NCBI RefSeq assembly: GCF_030144855.1
Contig: NC_082709.1
Coordinates: forward strand, 150,226,001 to 150,290,000
Source of the DNA: Hypanus sabinus
Lineage: Eukaryota
Length of the DNA: 64,000 bases
Direction: 5' to 3'
How positions within the stretch are numbered: the first letter of the stretch is position 1; each line of letters begins with the position of its first letter. This document shows, in pieces, positions 1 to 12,990 of the stretch. The notes under the pieces are model-generated. The model worked only from the letters and a program-made list of their open reading frames with translations, searched no databases and was not told the origin of the DNA. The position numbers were made by a program, and so were the translations under genes.

Positions 1-2220
1 CCCTTAGCTTCAGCATAGCTATGGAAAAAGATAAAAACAGACAAAATGGGAAAGTGCTTAACTGGGGAAGGGCTAACTATGAAGGGATGAGGCAGGAACT
101 AGCGAGAGTAAATTGGAAACAGATGTTCAAGGGTGAAAGCACAGAAGTAATGTGGAGGAAGTTTAGGGACCACTTGTGCTGAGTTCAGGATAGGTTTGTC
201 CCACTGAGACAAGGAAAAAATGGTAGGAAAAGGGAACCGTGGCTGACGAAACACGTGAAGCAATTCGTCAAGAGGAAGAAGGAAGCACATGTTAGATTAT
301 AAGAAACAGGAAGCAGGAGGGGCTCATGAGAAATATAGGGTAGCCAGGAAGGAGGTAAAGAAAGGACAGGAGAACTTGGGGGCATGAGAAGGCCTTGGCA
401 TGTAGGATTAAGGAGAACCCCAAGGCGTTCTATGCACATGTGAAGATCAGAAGGATGTCAAGAATGAAGGTGGAGCCGCTAAAGGATAAAGAAGACAATG
501 TGCCTGGAGGCGGAAGAGGTTGGGGAGGTCCTAAATGAATACTTTGCTTCAGTATTCACAAATGAAAAGGACCTTGATCAGGGTGAGGTCGAAATAGAGC
601 AGGCCTGTGTGCTGGACGATGTGGAGATTAAGGAAGAAAAAGTGTTGGATCTTCTTAAAAACATCAAGATTGATAAGTCCCCAGGGCCGGATGTGATATA
701 CCCCAGGTTACTGTGGGAAATGAGAGAAGAGATCACAGGAGCAGTAGCAATGACCTTTGAATCCTCTTTTGCTGCAGGGGAGGTGCCAGAGGATTGGACA
801 ATTGCAAATTTAATTCCCTTGTTTAAAAAAGGTAGTAGGGAGAATCCTGGGAACTATAGACTGGTGAGTCTTACGTTGGTGGTCTGCAAACTATTGAAAA
901 GGATTCTAAAGGATAGGATCTACGAGTATTTGGAGAAGTACACTCAAGGATAGTCAACATGGCTTTGTGAAGGGAAGGTTGTGCCTCATGAGCCTAATTG
1001 AGTTTTTTGAAGAAGTAACAAAAGAAATTGATGTGGGTAGGGTGGTAGATGTGGTCTACGTGTATTTTAGCAAGGGATTTGACAAGGTCCCCCACAAGAG
1101 ACTCATCCAGAAAGTCAAGTGGCATGGGATAAGTGGAACCTTGGCTGTTTGGTTAAAAAATTTGCTTACAGGAAGAAAGCAGAGGGTAGTAGTGGAAGGA
1201 AAGTATTCTGGTTGGTGACTAGTGGAGTGCCACAGGGATCTGTCCTGGGACCCCTGCTATTTGTGATTTTTATAAATGACCTGGATGTAGAGGTGGAAGG
1301 ATGGGTGAGTAAGTTTACGGATGACACGAAGATTGGAGGAGTTGTGGATGGAGTTGTAGGTTGTCGAAGGTTACAAGAGGATATAGACAGGATGCAGAGT
1401 TGGGCAGAAAAGTGGCAGATGGAGTTCAATCCGGATAAGTGTAAGGTGATGCATTTTGGAAGGACAAACCAGAAGGCTGAGTACAGGGTTAATGGTCAGT
1501 TATTTAAGAGTGTGGATGAACAGAGGGACCTTGAGGTTCAAATCCATACATCTCTCAAGGTCGCTGCACAGGTTGATAGGATAGTTAAGAAGGCTGTGGG
1601 ATGCTAGGCTTCATTAATAGGGGGATTGAGTTCAAGAGTAGAGAGATCATGTTGCAACTCTACAAATCTCTGTTGAGACCACACTTAGAGTATTGTGTTC
1701 AGTTCTTGTCACCTCATTATAGGAAGGATGTGGAAGCTATGGAGAGGGTGCAGAGGAGATTTACCAGGATGTAGCTTGGATTGGAAAACAAGTCTTATGA
1801 GGCAAGGTTAGCAGAACTGGGACTTTTCTCTTTGGAGCATAGAAGGATAAGAGGGGACGATAGAGGTCTACAAGATTATGAGAGGCATAGATAGAGTGGA
1901 TAGTCAGTACCTGTTTCCCAGGGCACCAATAGCAAACACCAGAGGGCATATGTACAAAGTTAAGGGGGGGGGGGGAGTTTAGGGGAGACATCTGGGGTAA
2001 GTTTTTTACACAGAGGGTTGTGGGTGCCTGGAATGACTTGCCAGGGATGGTGGTGGAGGCTAAAACATTAGGGGTATTTAAGAGCCTCTTGGACAGGCAC
2101 ATGGATGAAAGAAAAATAGAGAATTATGGGGTAGTGTGGGTTTAATATTTTTTTAAGGAATATATGGGTTGGCACAACATCGAGGGCTGAAGGGCCTGTA
2201 CTGTGCTGTAGTGTTCTAGT
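1..2220 (+). mobile_element. CR1 LINE, 3' part of ORF2 (reverse transcriptase), frameshifted, inside a WDR3 intron
   Basis: ORF fragments carry CR1 RT motifs KSPGPD, NYRLVSLT, GVPQGSVLGPLLF, KFTDDTK and QMEFNPDKC. It ends in a CR1 3' tail (gctgaagggcctgtactgtgctgtagtgttctagtgtt). Confidence 0.93.
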
Positions 2221-3351
2221 GTTATAGAGGTGTAAATAAAGTTCCCAAACTTATTCAAGCTCAGGTGGCAAGAGATACAGTCTTACAATAGTATGTAAGA
2301 AAGTTCAGTTCAATCCTCAGAATTAATTAATACGAGATATTTGTAATCCAAAGGCGAATGTTGTGAGAAGGCTACTACGTCGATATTCCACAGATACCAT
2401 GACAGCAATATAAAATAACAATAGCAGTAGGTTTTATCTCCAAAGTTGTTCCACTCCACACATGAAGTATCGCCGACAGTGATCTTCAACGAACATCCTT
2501 CCAACACAAGTGGTACCACACCCGAATTCAGCTATGGGACATCGCAAACTGGTTGTCACAGGATACAAATGGAATCCACGTATGGATTATCCCCAACAGT
2601 AGCTTATCACAAAGGGATCCTCCAGGGAAAACTACCACCCAGGCAAGGGTAGACACACCGGTAGATTCCACAATGTTACCCAACCTCTCAATGTGATAGC
2701 CACTTATCCAGTTCCGCGACATGCGAGATAACTCCAACAGAAATTTGCCACGGGGGTGCCTTCCTCAGTGAAATACCACACCTAGACAAGGGTAAACACA
2801 CAAGTGGTATTCACAAAGGTTTCCCCCTCACCAGAGAACCCACTCCTGTGGATTAACTATGTGACAATCACACTTTTGTATTCGAATGGAATCAAACTCA
2901 TCGTCATGGGCTACTTAAAGAGAGAGTCCAAACAGTGATCTTTTTGCCACTAGGTTTCTTCTGTTTCAAATCTTCCTCTCCTCTCCTGCCTGCAAACTTC
3001 TTCTAGTTGCAGTACTTGTGAGAGTCATTTATCAATACTCTGGATCGATCTCAACTCACCCCTTTGGGCTACTGAAAGCTTAAACCAGCGACCACACTCA
3101 CTGTTCTCTTTCATTGACCGAAACCACCTCGACTCTAACTGTGTGTGTCTCTGTGTCCTTGTGTATTCAAAACAAGCCGCAGAAAAAATGTAAACATTCA
3201 TTGTCCATCAAATAACTCCACCTCTCTCACCGTAGTAGCCATGCAATTTTGTAGTCAGTAGAAATCCAACAGTGTCCAAGAGTCAGTCTTATCCTCCCGG
3301 CGTTTTAAAGTGACAGTGCACAGAAAAAATGAACCCTAGGGGTACATAACA
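2220..3351 (-). mobile_element. LTR-like segment (Gypsy/ERV type), probably truncated by the adjacent CR1
   Basis: The minus strand starts TGTTATGTACCCC at 3351. Internal direct repeats: caagggta(g/a)acacac at 2644 and 2787, cacaagtggta at 2505 and 2799. No coding motifs and no matching TSD. Confidence 0.5.
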
Positions 3352-3484
3352 CACTATTTTCACAGTACCATCCAAATACAGTGTCTAGGTGTCCTCCTAG
3401 GCCAATACTCTCATCATTAAAACCCTATTTAAAATCCAATGACTGCATTCTTTTGCTTGGTCGAAGTAACCTGCAGAGAGTACT

Positions 3485-3895
3485 ATAATTAGTCAGCTCC
3501 ATCAAGGACACTAGCCTCGACAGTATCCAGGACACCTTCAAGGAGTGATGCCTCAAAAAGGTAGCACCCATCATTGAGGACCCCCACCACCTAGGATATG
3601 CCCTCTTCTCTTTGCTACCATCGAGAAGGAGCTACAGAAGCCTGAAGATACACTCTCAACGATTCAGGAACAGCTTCTACTCATCTGATTTCTGAATGGA
3701 CATTGAACCCATGAACACTGCCTCACTACTTTTTTATTCTGTTTTTGCGCTACTTATTTAATTTAACTATTTTAAAATATATATTTACTGTATTTTAAGT
3801 TTATTTTCTATTATTATGTATTACATTGTACTGCTGCTGCAAAGGTAACAAATTTCAAGACATATGCCAGTGATATCAAACCTGATTTTGATTCC
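3485..3895 (+). mobile_element. Rex1/Babar-type LINE 3' end
   Basis: Resembles the other Rex ends in the window (atcattgaggacccccaccac...tacagaagcctgaag...ttcaggaacagcttct) and ends in an aaacctgatt tail. Confidence 0.75.
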
Positions 3896-5062
3896 AGACT
3901 CCTAAAATACACATGATGTACCTAGCTTTGTTATAGCCAGGTAATCAGAGGCAAAGGATATTCTCAAAGCCTCCTTGTAAAAGCACCACACCTCCACTTG
4001 CTCTTGGGATTCTGATCGTTGACTGCTCAAAAGGAGAAGGAAAATTTGGGATTACAGTAAGGACTAACGCTCTGTAGAGCACACTGAAGCCTAGTGAAGG
4101 CAATGGGAGAAGAGCAGTCCCCCCAGATTACCCACTCTCCAATCCTGCAAAGAGTCTCCTGCCCCATTTTTGGAAGAATCTGCAACTACTGTATTTGTCT
4201 TATTATTCACCTCAGAATCCCTAGAACTGGAGTGGAAGCGAGTCACCCTCAAGCTAAGAAAAGGAACCATTTCCACATATTATTGGCCTCTTAGTTTGTT
4301 TCAAAGCATCAATGTCAGCAAAGTAAGAAAAAAGATTAGGTCAGAATTTGCCTTTGCCTTCCAAGTGTCTGCTTTCAAAGTTCCAGTGATCACGGCAAAA
4401 TAACATGCCTTCTCTCACATCCACCATCAAGCACCAGTGCAAAGCTGTTCCTAGTGTACAGCAGCTGTGATGTCAACAAGTAAGCTGAGCAGCCATTCAT
4501 ATTAAAGAAGGATTGTGCAGCTGAGCAAGAAGCAAAAATACCTCATAAATTGTGCAGTAAAACAAATTTATATAGAAACTTTAATATAACATTTTCCATT
4601 TTAATTCATTTAAAAACCTTTATCTTGAAATGTGCTGGTGAGTCACTCACAATATACTATCAGTGGTTTTAGTGCTGTTTGCTTTGCCTCAGCAATAATT
4701 AGGCCTTGGTGTAGCTTTGAAAAATAACTAGTATGTTGCAACAAAGGATATGAATTTCAGATAATTTTGTCATGGGGTTCATTTGTAAGTAGCTTGTAAG
4801 TTCAGCTGTTTTCTTTTTTCTTCCCAGTAAAATTGCACAACAATTACTGTGAACAACAATAGTTTCATGTCGTTGCCCAAAATAATAGTGTAATGATCCT
4901 TCATCAGAACTTTGTCAGAGTTAGAGAATGATCTTTTTTCATTTTGTGTAAATAACAAATGTAATAACTCCAGCCTAGCAACCTTGCATGTCTCATTTTC
5001 ACATCAGTGTTGGCTGTGTTCATGTTGTGGAAGGTAACTTGCATTGTCTTTATTCATCTCAG

Positions 5063-5110
5063 CTTCCACTACCGACCAACCCTATACTGGCTGCATTTGG
5101 AAATATTTCT
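5063..5110 (+). CDS. WDR3: WD repeat-containing protein 3 (UTP12/DIP2), internal exon LPLPTNPILAAFGNIS
   Basis: ctcag| acceptor and |gtgagt donor, 48 nt, phase 0-0. Matches the recalled human WDR3 segment VPLPSNPILMAYGSIS. Confidence 0.9.
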
Positions 5111-6041
5111 GTGAGTAGTTAATCCTCCCCAGTACTTTTATTATTCTTGTTATTATGAAATATTTAACAGTTTACCTGTTAGTTTTGAGTTACTTTGTAG
5201 ACTGTGATTTCATTCAAGATTGAGAAATAGTCGGTAAAAGGCACTGTGATTATTGGGCTGACAGGCACCTTTAGGAAGGGCGATGTTTGAGGGAATGGAG
5301 GGTAGAGAATTATTAATGGAAACATGCTGTGTGACTTTTGCTGTGCCTTAGTTAGAGTTAAGAGCCTGATGCATGACGGGGAGCATGAACTAGCATGGAC
5401 AAAGATATTTCTTCCTCTGAGATATTTAGGATGCTGCAGGGTGAATACATATTCGAACCATGAGATCTCCAAACTGGGAACTATTATGCAGTAGTCCATT
5501 CAGCAGTCAAATAGGAAAAGTGAGAGGAATGTCATCAAATGTGACGTTCCATTTGAATGACCATAGTTTGTATCATTTGGATCAATCTGGAGTAAAGTGT
5601 TGGCAAGGGGTGGAGTGAGAGAGGCTCCACCCCTTGCCAACACTGAGTCCAGGACCAGCCTGTCTCACTTTGTGACGGGGTGTTCTCTGAAATTGTGAAT
5701 GCTTTGAACTTATTTAAACTCACATAATTAATTCATCTTTATATCTTCTTTGGAAAGTATTATATTGTTATAGTTACAGATGATTAAAATTTATTCCTCA
5801 TTTAATATAATGCTATTTTTATGAAAAAAGCTGTCTAATTGATTTTCAGTGCAGTATTAGGATTTGCTTTAAGATAGTACTAATAAAGGCATGAAAGGAA
5901 TTTTCCAGTTCCAAACTATTTTGTTATTTGTTTACCTGTGCTAATGGAAATTTTTTGATGTCTTTATGTTTTTAGCTTGCAGTATGTTTAATAATTTAGT
6001 ATTAAACTTTCTTTATCTTGTTACATTTACATTATTGTTAG

Positions 6042-6085
6042 CCTTCACGTTACGTCTTGGACGTTATTCGAAAAGTCAAGTCAAG
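6042..6085 (+). CDS. WDR3: WDR3 exon PSRYVLDVIRKVKS(S)
   Basis: gttag| acceptor and |gtgagt donor, 44 nt, phase 0-2. Matches recalled PSAYVLEIFKGIKSS. Confidence 0.9.
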
Positions 6086-6777
6086 GTGAGTGACAATGTA
6101 ACACCTTTATTCATATCAAACACATTGCAGACTTTACTTCTGTGTTCTAGTCCCATATCAACAATTTCAGCACATAATCTTCAGTGTCACTCTAGGACAG
6201 TGACAAGGGAGCAGCAGTTCAAAATATGGATTCTATTTTGTAGTGTAATTTTCCTAATTAGTGCACTGAGTTGATGTTCATTAAATATGAGGTGCAGGTG
6301 CCGCAGGTAAGCTAAGCTTTCATTGCCTGGCCCAAAACGCAATTGATCTAGCCATTTCAGAGAGTCATGGAAAGTGAAAGAAGACTGCAGATGCTGGAAC
6401 CTGGGACAGAAATCTTAGTGATACAAACAGGATCTGTGGTGGCAAAAGGTATAGGTTAGCTTTTCAGGTCGAGACCTTGCAGCAGGGCTGATCTGGACTA
6501 TTACTTCAGGTGTTGAAATTGTTGTAAACTATCATAAGAAATATGCCACTGAATCCCTAAGTTAAGCATTCTGGTATCATAGCATTTTGCCTGTGGGACA
6601 AAATTTGAAGTTAGTGGAAAAGAATAATAATGAAAAATCTGATTTTAATGTTTATAAATATTCATCAGTCTTGAAATATTTAAAAAATGTGGAGAAACTA
6701 ATCTAAAGTTGCGAGCACTTCCAATTTGAATTGCGCTTACCATTTGACCATTTATCCTTACCTTGGCTTTTTTCCAG

Positions 6778-6906
6778 TGAACTGGAGGAATCATTGCTTG
6801 TGCTGCCATTTTCCTACAGTCCTGATCTGCTAACTCTATTTAATGAGTACATTCAACTTTCTCTAGAGGTCGAACTCATTTGCCGATGTCTTTTCTTTCT
6901 TCTTAA
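6778..6906 (+). CDS. WDR3: WDR3 exon, Utp12 domain (ELEESLLVLPFSYSPDLLTLFNEYIQLSLEVELICRCLFFLL)
   Basis: tttttccag| acceptor and |gtaagt donor, 129 nt, phase 2-2. Carries the characteristic WDR3 motifs ELEESLLVLPFSY and VELICRCLFFLL. Confidence 0.96.
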
Positions 6907-7598
6907 GTAAGTACTTAGAATAAAATATTTTGATTCTTTTTTACCTTCCACACAAAATTTGTTCCCTTTTGTTCTTTTACAAAGAAAAGGAAATGAATTT
7001 ACATAAATTGTTGTTTTTGTGGATTGTCTTTCAATGAGTAAGTGTGGCTGCAGTCACAGTTTTCTTCCTTATGGCTATTGCATATGCTTGGTTCAATCAA
7101 ATTCTTCTGTGCTCCGAGCAATTTCAGAAAAAAATCATGTATAGCAGGAATACACATAACCAATAAAGGCACTCTTGTTTGTGGAACTAGAGCTGGATTT
7201 AGTGAATATCAATGATGTGAAAATTTTGTCTCTAATGTCTGTACGTTCTGACCAATCATAGCCCAAAGCTGATTGTGTGAACCTTAACCAGAACATTTGA
7301 ATAATTTGTGGAAAGAGGGTGCATGAATGGGTGATATACATGTGGAAAAGTTATTACTGGTCTGTATTGTTACTGTTGTGGAGGCCAAGGTTAAAGAACT
7401 GTTAGGTTAGGCTGCAGTGGCATACTTCATCAGTTGTCCACAGGAGGAGAAGCTGAAAGTGGGGCCTTTGTTGTTCTCCAGTAGTAAAGAGGGGTTGAGT
7501 GTTCTTGAGTTTCTGCTATATTTGGGATCAAGCTGATTGCTTATTCTGGTACAAGATTATAAAACTAACCAATGGCTTGTATAATTTTTTTCCATCAG

Positions 7599-7692
7599 AA
7601 TTCATTTTGGACAGATCACAAGTAATCAGATGCTTCTTACAGTTATTGACAGTCTGAGAAAAAACACAATAGGAAAGATCAATGAAATGAAG
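7599..7692 (+). CDS. WDR3: WDR3 exon (K)IHFGQITSNQMLLTVIDSLRKNTIGKINEMK
   Basis: ttttttccatcag| acceptor and |gtatgg donor, 94 nt, phase 2-0. IHFGQITSNQML matches recalled WDR3. Confidence 0.95.
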
Positions 7693-8777
7693 GTATGGAT
7701 ACAGTTCTTCCATAGCGAACCAATAGATCATAGGTGTAAGCAGAGACAAAGTTATAGTACTAGACTATCATTTGACGCACTGAACAGGAAATAAAATCTA
7801 AAAACCTATAACACCTCTAAAATACATTAACACTAAGACCAAGAGTGTATATAAAACATCAAGACCGTTGCAACAAACAACCGCTAACAGTGGGTAACCA
7901 TTTCCAAATGAATATACTGACTACATTCAGGAACAAAATTATTAAGGGATGTTTTAACAAGTTTTTTCAATTAGACTGTATTTAGGAGTCATACAGAGCA
8001 TATTGTCATGCACTTGAGCTTCATCAGCATTTTCTGTTCATAAGCAACAGTGAGTAGTTGTCTAGTTTGCAGAATATCATGCATGCATTCCGATAAGATT
8101 TTGTTTCACTTAGTAATTATACCAGGCCTGAAGTTATCACAGAGAAGTAATCTTACTGCATTTAGAACGTGTTAGAAATAAATTATACATTTTGCACAAA
8201 GCTGATTTAAAAGCTTTTATTTATCAGATTGTGTAGAAATGCATGGAATAATTGTAATCACTGTTTTAAAAAACAATGTTAGTGCTGGAAATACTCAGCT
8301 GGTAATGCAGCATCTTTTGAGAAAGGCACTTAATGCGAACATTTATTTTTGTTGAACAAATTTAATAACTCTTTAAATCTGAGCAAGGCAAAAAATAAAT
8401 GAAAGAACCATAATTGTAAAAATAGGTAACAGCTGCTAAAAATATCAGGTCCTTCTATTAATCTATCCAAACCTTACCAAAGCAACATGAAAAACTTGAT
8501 TCTTTCATCGGTAAGTAATGTACAGTGAAAAAATAAATGTTAGGTGGCATGACAGTAGATCCTGCATATCCTATCTGTGTAAAGCGTAGAATTTATTATT
8601 TGGGCAATCTGGAGGCGCACCTGCATTGGACTTGCTATATACTGTATAACAAAGCTTTAGAGTTGCTGTTTGACTCCAGGCAGAGTAAGCAACCAGAAAT
8701 TTAGCAGTTACAGCATCCTGTTAAGCCAATTGGGAGTAGTGTGGATTTGGTATGAATTTCTGTTTCTGCTTTTACAG

Positions 8778-8933
8778 GATCTCATTGGTTTCAATATGGC
8801 TGGACTACAGTTCTTGCAGCGTGAGATGGAAGAGAAAGAGGATGTGACCTTTTTTGCTGATGCAACTGAGAGGTTCATCGAGAAGAAAAGGAAAAGGAAG
8901 ATAAAAGAGAGAGCTATCCTCACCACTGCTTAA
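8778..8933 (+). CDS. WDR3: WDR3 terminal coding exon DLIGFNMAGLQFLQREMEEKEDVTFFADATERFIEKKRKRKIKERAILTTA*
   Basis: ttttacag| acceptor, 52 codons including TAA. Matches the recalled WDR3 C-terminus DVIGFNMAGL...FFADAT...EEKKRKRK, with a basic NLS-like tail. Confidence 0.96.
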   Translation, partial: DLIGFNMAGLQFLQREMEEKEDVTFFADATERFIEKKRKRKIKERAILTTA

Positions 8934-9129
8934 GACCATGCAAGTTTAATTTCTTATTGCACCACATAATATCACTGTGATGGCTCAGCAGAACTGAGAG
9001 AAATGTGTATCTGATCCAGTCAAAGTGCATTCCGGTTCATGCACCTTATGCCACACTGAGCTGCCTTGTCTATTCAATGTAGATTTATTTCGAAAATGGC
9101 TCCTCAGCCACTCTGTGTAAATGGGCTTT

Positions 9130-9135
9130 AATAAA
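9130..9135 (+). terminator. Probable polyadenylation signal of WDR3
   Basis: First AATAAA about 200 nt after the stop codon, followed by a GT-rich tract (gttgtgtg). Confidence 0.6.
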
Positions 9136-10629
9136 AGATTACCTTTTAAAGTTGTGTGCATTTGCTGAAGTCAGCTGCCTGTACTTTGAGGGTCTGTTAC
9201 TAAAAATTACAGTATTCAATAGAATGGATATTGCATACATTTCCCAAGCCTTTTGATTACATCATAATTTAGACAAGGCCATTGCTGTTTAAAAATATCA
9301 CTTATTTTAGTAATTAAATTCTGGTCTCTCTAAAAGTGATTGTGAATCTTTTGAATGTCTTGTAAATCCAGTTCAGTCATATCCTTTTCTGAAAGTAAAA
9401 CCTCCAAGCCTCTGTGTGTGACTCCAATCTTGCATCGTTAAGTGTAAATGACTAAGTGTTGCTAACTGTTGTAAGTATCAGCTTTGCTCATGACATCTAC
9501 ACCCTAAGGTCTTTCCAGCAATTTCTAAACATATATAAGGCAATATTTTGGGCAGAATATAGGTGACAGGGTGATGGGAGTCTGCTAACAATACAGTAAA
9601 TGCAGAAAGAGGATACTGAGGATCCTCAGGGTGTGATGATTGATGTGAGTCCTGCACTAGCAGAGATAAGGATTTCCATGAGGTTTACAAGCAGTCTCAA
9701 GTACTTTGCCTATTAATATTTACTAATACGACTCCTGCCAGCCTCCTACAAGAGTCTCATCTGCCACAGAACTCCATAGCAGTGAAAAGGAAATGAGGAA
9801 ACAGCAGGAAGTCAGTCTGCTTTAAGCTTCCGTGTTCTTTAACCACTGACAGAAAAGAGGTCATTTGTTCTGTTAATACTGAATATCAACAGGCTTGGCC
9901 AAGATCACTTAAGAAGTACGTACAAGAACAGAAAAACCTTGCTGTTTTGTGTATTATGAACCCATTTGTTGATGACTCAGATTTTGTCTTATCTAATGAC
10001 AAATTTATCTTATTTACCTAAAAGTAATTGTTGTGTTTAAATTATTAAAATATTTGAAAGAACTCTCATTACTTCTTTCTAAAATATATGCCCATCTTTA
10101 GGATCAACTGGTGATCTTGAAACTAGCTGACTCGGGACCTGTCACTAGAGGGTGCCCTTGTTTAGTTGTGGTTAGTGGGAAAATGCAAGCACCTTTAAGC
10201 TCCATCTAACTGTACCTTACTCAAGCTATGGAATGAATAACGACAGGCTGAGATGGATGATGGCAGTTTGGTGGTCTGAAATGTCCTCTTGGTTTTAACA
10301 CAAGATCAGTGCGTTGTTCAGACATGGAATGAATTGAAAAAGCACAAAGGATCACACTAACTAAAATGCAATTTCTTCCTGTTAGAATATTTCTGAAGCT
10401 TTAATGCTTCTTTAAAAGTCCATTTGCTTACTGTTAACCCTGCCTGCAAAACTGAATAATCACCGTTACCCCTGTCAAGGGCAGCTCAGCCATACTATTT
10501 GCCCCAAGAATTCTGAACACTTATCCTTATTGAAATACAGCTAGACTAACAATGGAAGCAGAGACCATGAATATTTTAATGGAATAATCATATAATATCT
10601 TGATAAACAAGGAGCAAGAAGTTGCATTT

Positions 10630-11290
10630 CCATACATAGAACATAGAAATTTACAGCAGATTACAGGCCCTTCGGCCTACAATGTCGTACAAACTATGCA
10701 ATGCAGCACAAAAACTAGATGGCCAATCTAGTCTATCGACCTATTTTACTGCCTAATCCCAGATTAGACCTGCATCTGGATCATAACCCTATATATCTCC
10801 CATCCACATAGCTATCCAAATTTCTAGATGTTGCAAATGAATCTGCATCCGTCAGTTCCACTGATGCTCATTCTACACTCTCACCAATCTGAGTGATTAA
10901 GTTCCATCTCAATTTCCCCTTAAATATTTCACCTTTCAACATTAACCTGTGACCTCTAGTTCTAATCTCACCCAGCTACAGAGGGGAAAAAAACACATAT
11001 ATTTGCAGTATTTATAAGACCGTAAGACAAAGGAGCAGAATTAGGGCATTCAGCCTATTGAGTCCACTCGGCCATTCTGTCATAACTGATTTATTATCCC
11101 TCTCAAACCCATTCTCCTGCCTTCTACCTGTAACCCTTGATGCCATTACTAATCAAGAACCCATCAACCTCAGCTTTAAATATACCTATGACTTGGCCTC
11201 TACAGTCATCTTTGGCAATGAATTTCACAGATTTACCACTTTCTGGCTAAAAAGGTTCCTCTTCTAAAGGGATGGTCTTGTTTCTGCGTC
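10630..11290 (-). mobile_element. Two CR1 LINE 3'-end fragments
   Basis: Reverse-complement CR1 tails (catagaacatagaa...caggcccttcggcc; taagaccgtaagacaaaggagcagaattagg) followed by sequence from the ORF2 C-terminus. Confidence 0.8.
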
Positions 11291-11529
11291 TGTACCAGGC
11301 CACTGTACTGGTCCTTCCTTCATTGTTAACCGAACTTGGTCGAAATAAAACTTTGCGCTGGTGTCGTGCAAAGTTTATTCCTTTATACTCTGGATGTAAA
11401 AGCTAAAATTCAATTAGCCTTTGTGGTCAATGTCTTTACGTGCCCATGGCTTTTGAAAAGTATGCATCCCAAGCCTGTTTGGACTTCCATTGCCTCCAAA
11501 TACCCCAACAGCTCATCCTTAATAATGGA

Positions 11530-12070
11530 TTACAACATGTTCCCAGCCACTGAAGTTAGGCAGTATCCAAAGAGGCATGATTATTTGAGGGAATGACCAC
11601 GGGGGTTCCTTGCACTGGCTGCCTATTCCCTTTCCTTCTCCTGATAGGCACCTGACTCCAGCAACTTAGGGGTGGCTACCTCCCAGTATCTTTCTCATTT
11701 TCCTGTTTGAGCCGAAGTTAATTGAGCTGCAGCACCAGTTCTTTAACGTGGCCTCTAAGGAGCTGCATCTCGATGCACCTCGTACAGATGTAGCTAACAG
11801 GGAGACAGGAGATGTGAATTTCCCGCATCTCATACCACTGATCCTAGGCACATTCTCACCAGTCTAGCTATGTAAAATATCTTACTAGAAGCTTACTTAG
11901 ATGCTTCGCCCTTTCTCACATAAAGCCTCTTGAGCCAAAGCCAGACCACACGAAGTTTGGCCACTCCAGTGACACTTAGCTTCTTTGCCAACTCCCTAAT
12001 AGACCATTACTGTACAGGAGGTCCTTTGTCGTCTTTAGCTTTTGCAATCGGTCAGAGAAATCTTATTCTT
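11530..12070 (-). mobile_element. CR1 5' end / ORF1 fragment
   Basis: Similar to the ORF1 zinc-finger region and 5' UTR of the long CR1 at 50000-50690 (ctgcatc...gatgca...cgtacagatgt). Confidence 0.55.
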
Positions 12071-12589
12071 CCACTTAATTCCCTGTACCCTATTCTCTCA
12101 CATGTACCCATTAACATCCCCAAATTCTCCCTCCTCCCTATCTGCACTCAATTTATATAGTGGTTAATCTATCAACCAGTACATTTTTGGTTTTGAGAGG
12201 AAAATATTCCTGAGTGAAGCCTACAGGAAAAACATCCAAATTCTACATAAGCACCAATAGAGGCTGGAATGGAAACTGGGTGGCTGCATTAAACAATGCA
12301 ACTGTACTAGTCCTGGGGCTGGGTTACCAAGGACAGTGTGGAGCTGATGTTGTAAAAGGAACAATCAAGATCCTAGTCAATGACAAGGATAGGCTAAGGG
12401 AGCCAGGTAGCCTATTCCGGTTCCTAATTCATCTGTTTGATTTGTGTTGAAGCTTGTGCAAACTTTAACATGCCCACATACTGCCAGACATAAGTATTTT
12501 CAAAGTAAACATATTGTCATTTTTTTATCAAATGAAAGTAAGAAATCAACTTCGGCCTATCTATCACCACCTCATTTGAGCTGAAAGTC

Positions 12590-12990
12590 ATTAAGCTGCA
12601 GCTCCATTCCTTAACACATTCTTTGAGGAGTGTGCATCTGGTGCAGATGTGGCTATCCCGGAGGCTGAACGTCTCCCAGAATTCCTACATCCCACAGAAA
12701 GTCCCTGGAGCCATTTTCACTACACTACTTGACAAAGACTGCAGAAGTAACTTACCAAAAACTTACTTGACCCAACCCTCCCTCCCTACTCCAACACTGG
12801 TCCACTTCAACTATGACCACTCTGGTTCTCCCTACCTTATATTTATTTGCCGTTGTTAATAAAGCACAATTTGATTGGACCATTGGAATAACCAGAAAGC
12901 CCCTCCCTTTTAAATCTCTCACCCCAACCAGTGTGTAGTCTCCTCTCTCAATCCGATTGGGTCACTGGAAAACCAAAAAGCCCTTTTTTC
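12590..12990 (-). mobile_element. CR1 5' end / ORF1 fragment
   Basis: gctgcagctccattccttaacac...gtgcagatgtgg...cctacatcccacaga parallels 50270-50400. It is followed by 5' UTR-like sequence. Confidence 0.55.

Noticed and set aside
498-1607. ORFs resembling a functional reverse transcriptase or retron-like system
   Set aside because: These are frameshifted fragments of an ordinary CR1 LINE, with the catalytic motif altered to FTDD.
8708-8926. Minus-strand ORF with a signal-peptide-like start (MVRIALSFIFLFLFFS)
   Set aside because: It is the antisense shadow of the lysine-rich WDR3 last exon.
9630-9690. Possible C/D snoRNA (GTGATGA box)
   Set aside because: There is no CTGA D box at a suitable distance. 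I also found no convincing snoRNA in the WDR3 introns.
11344-11379. Hairpin aataaaactttgcgc...gtgcaaagtttatt
   Set aside because: It is short and isolated among decayed LINE sequence, and too small for a pre-miRNA call.
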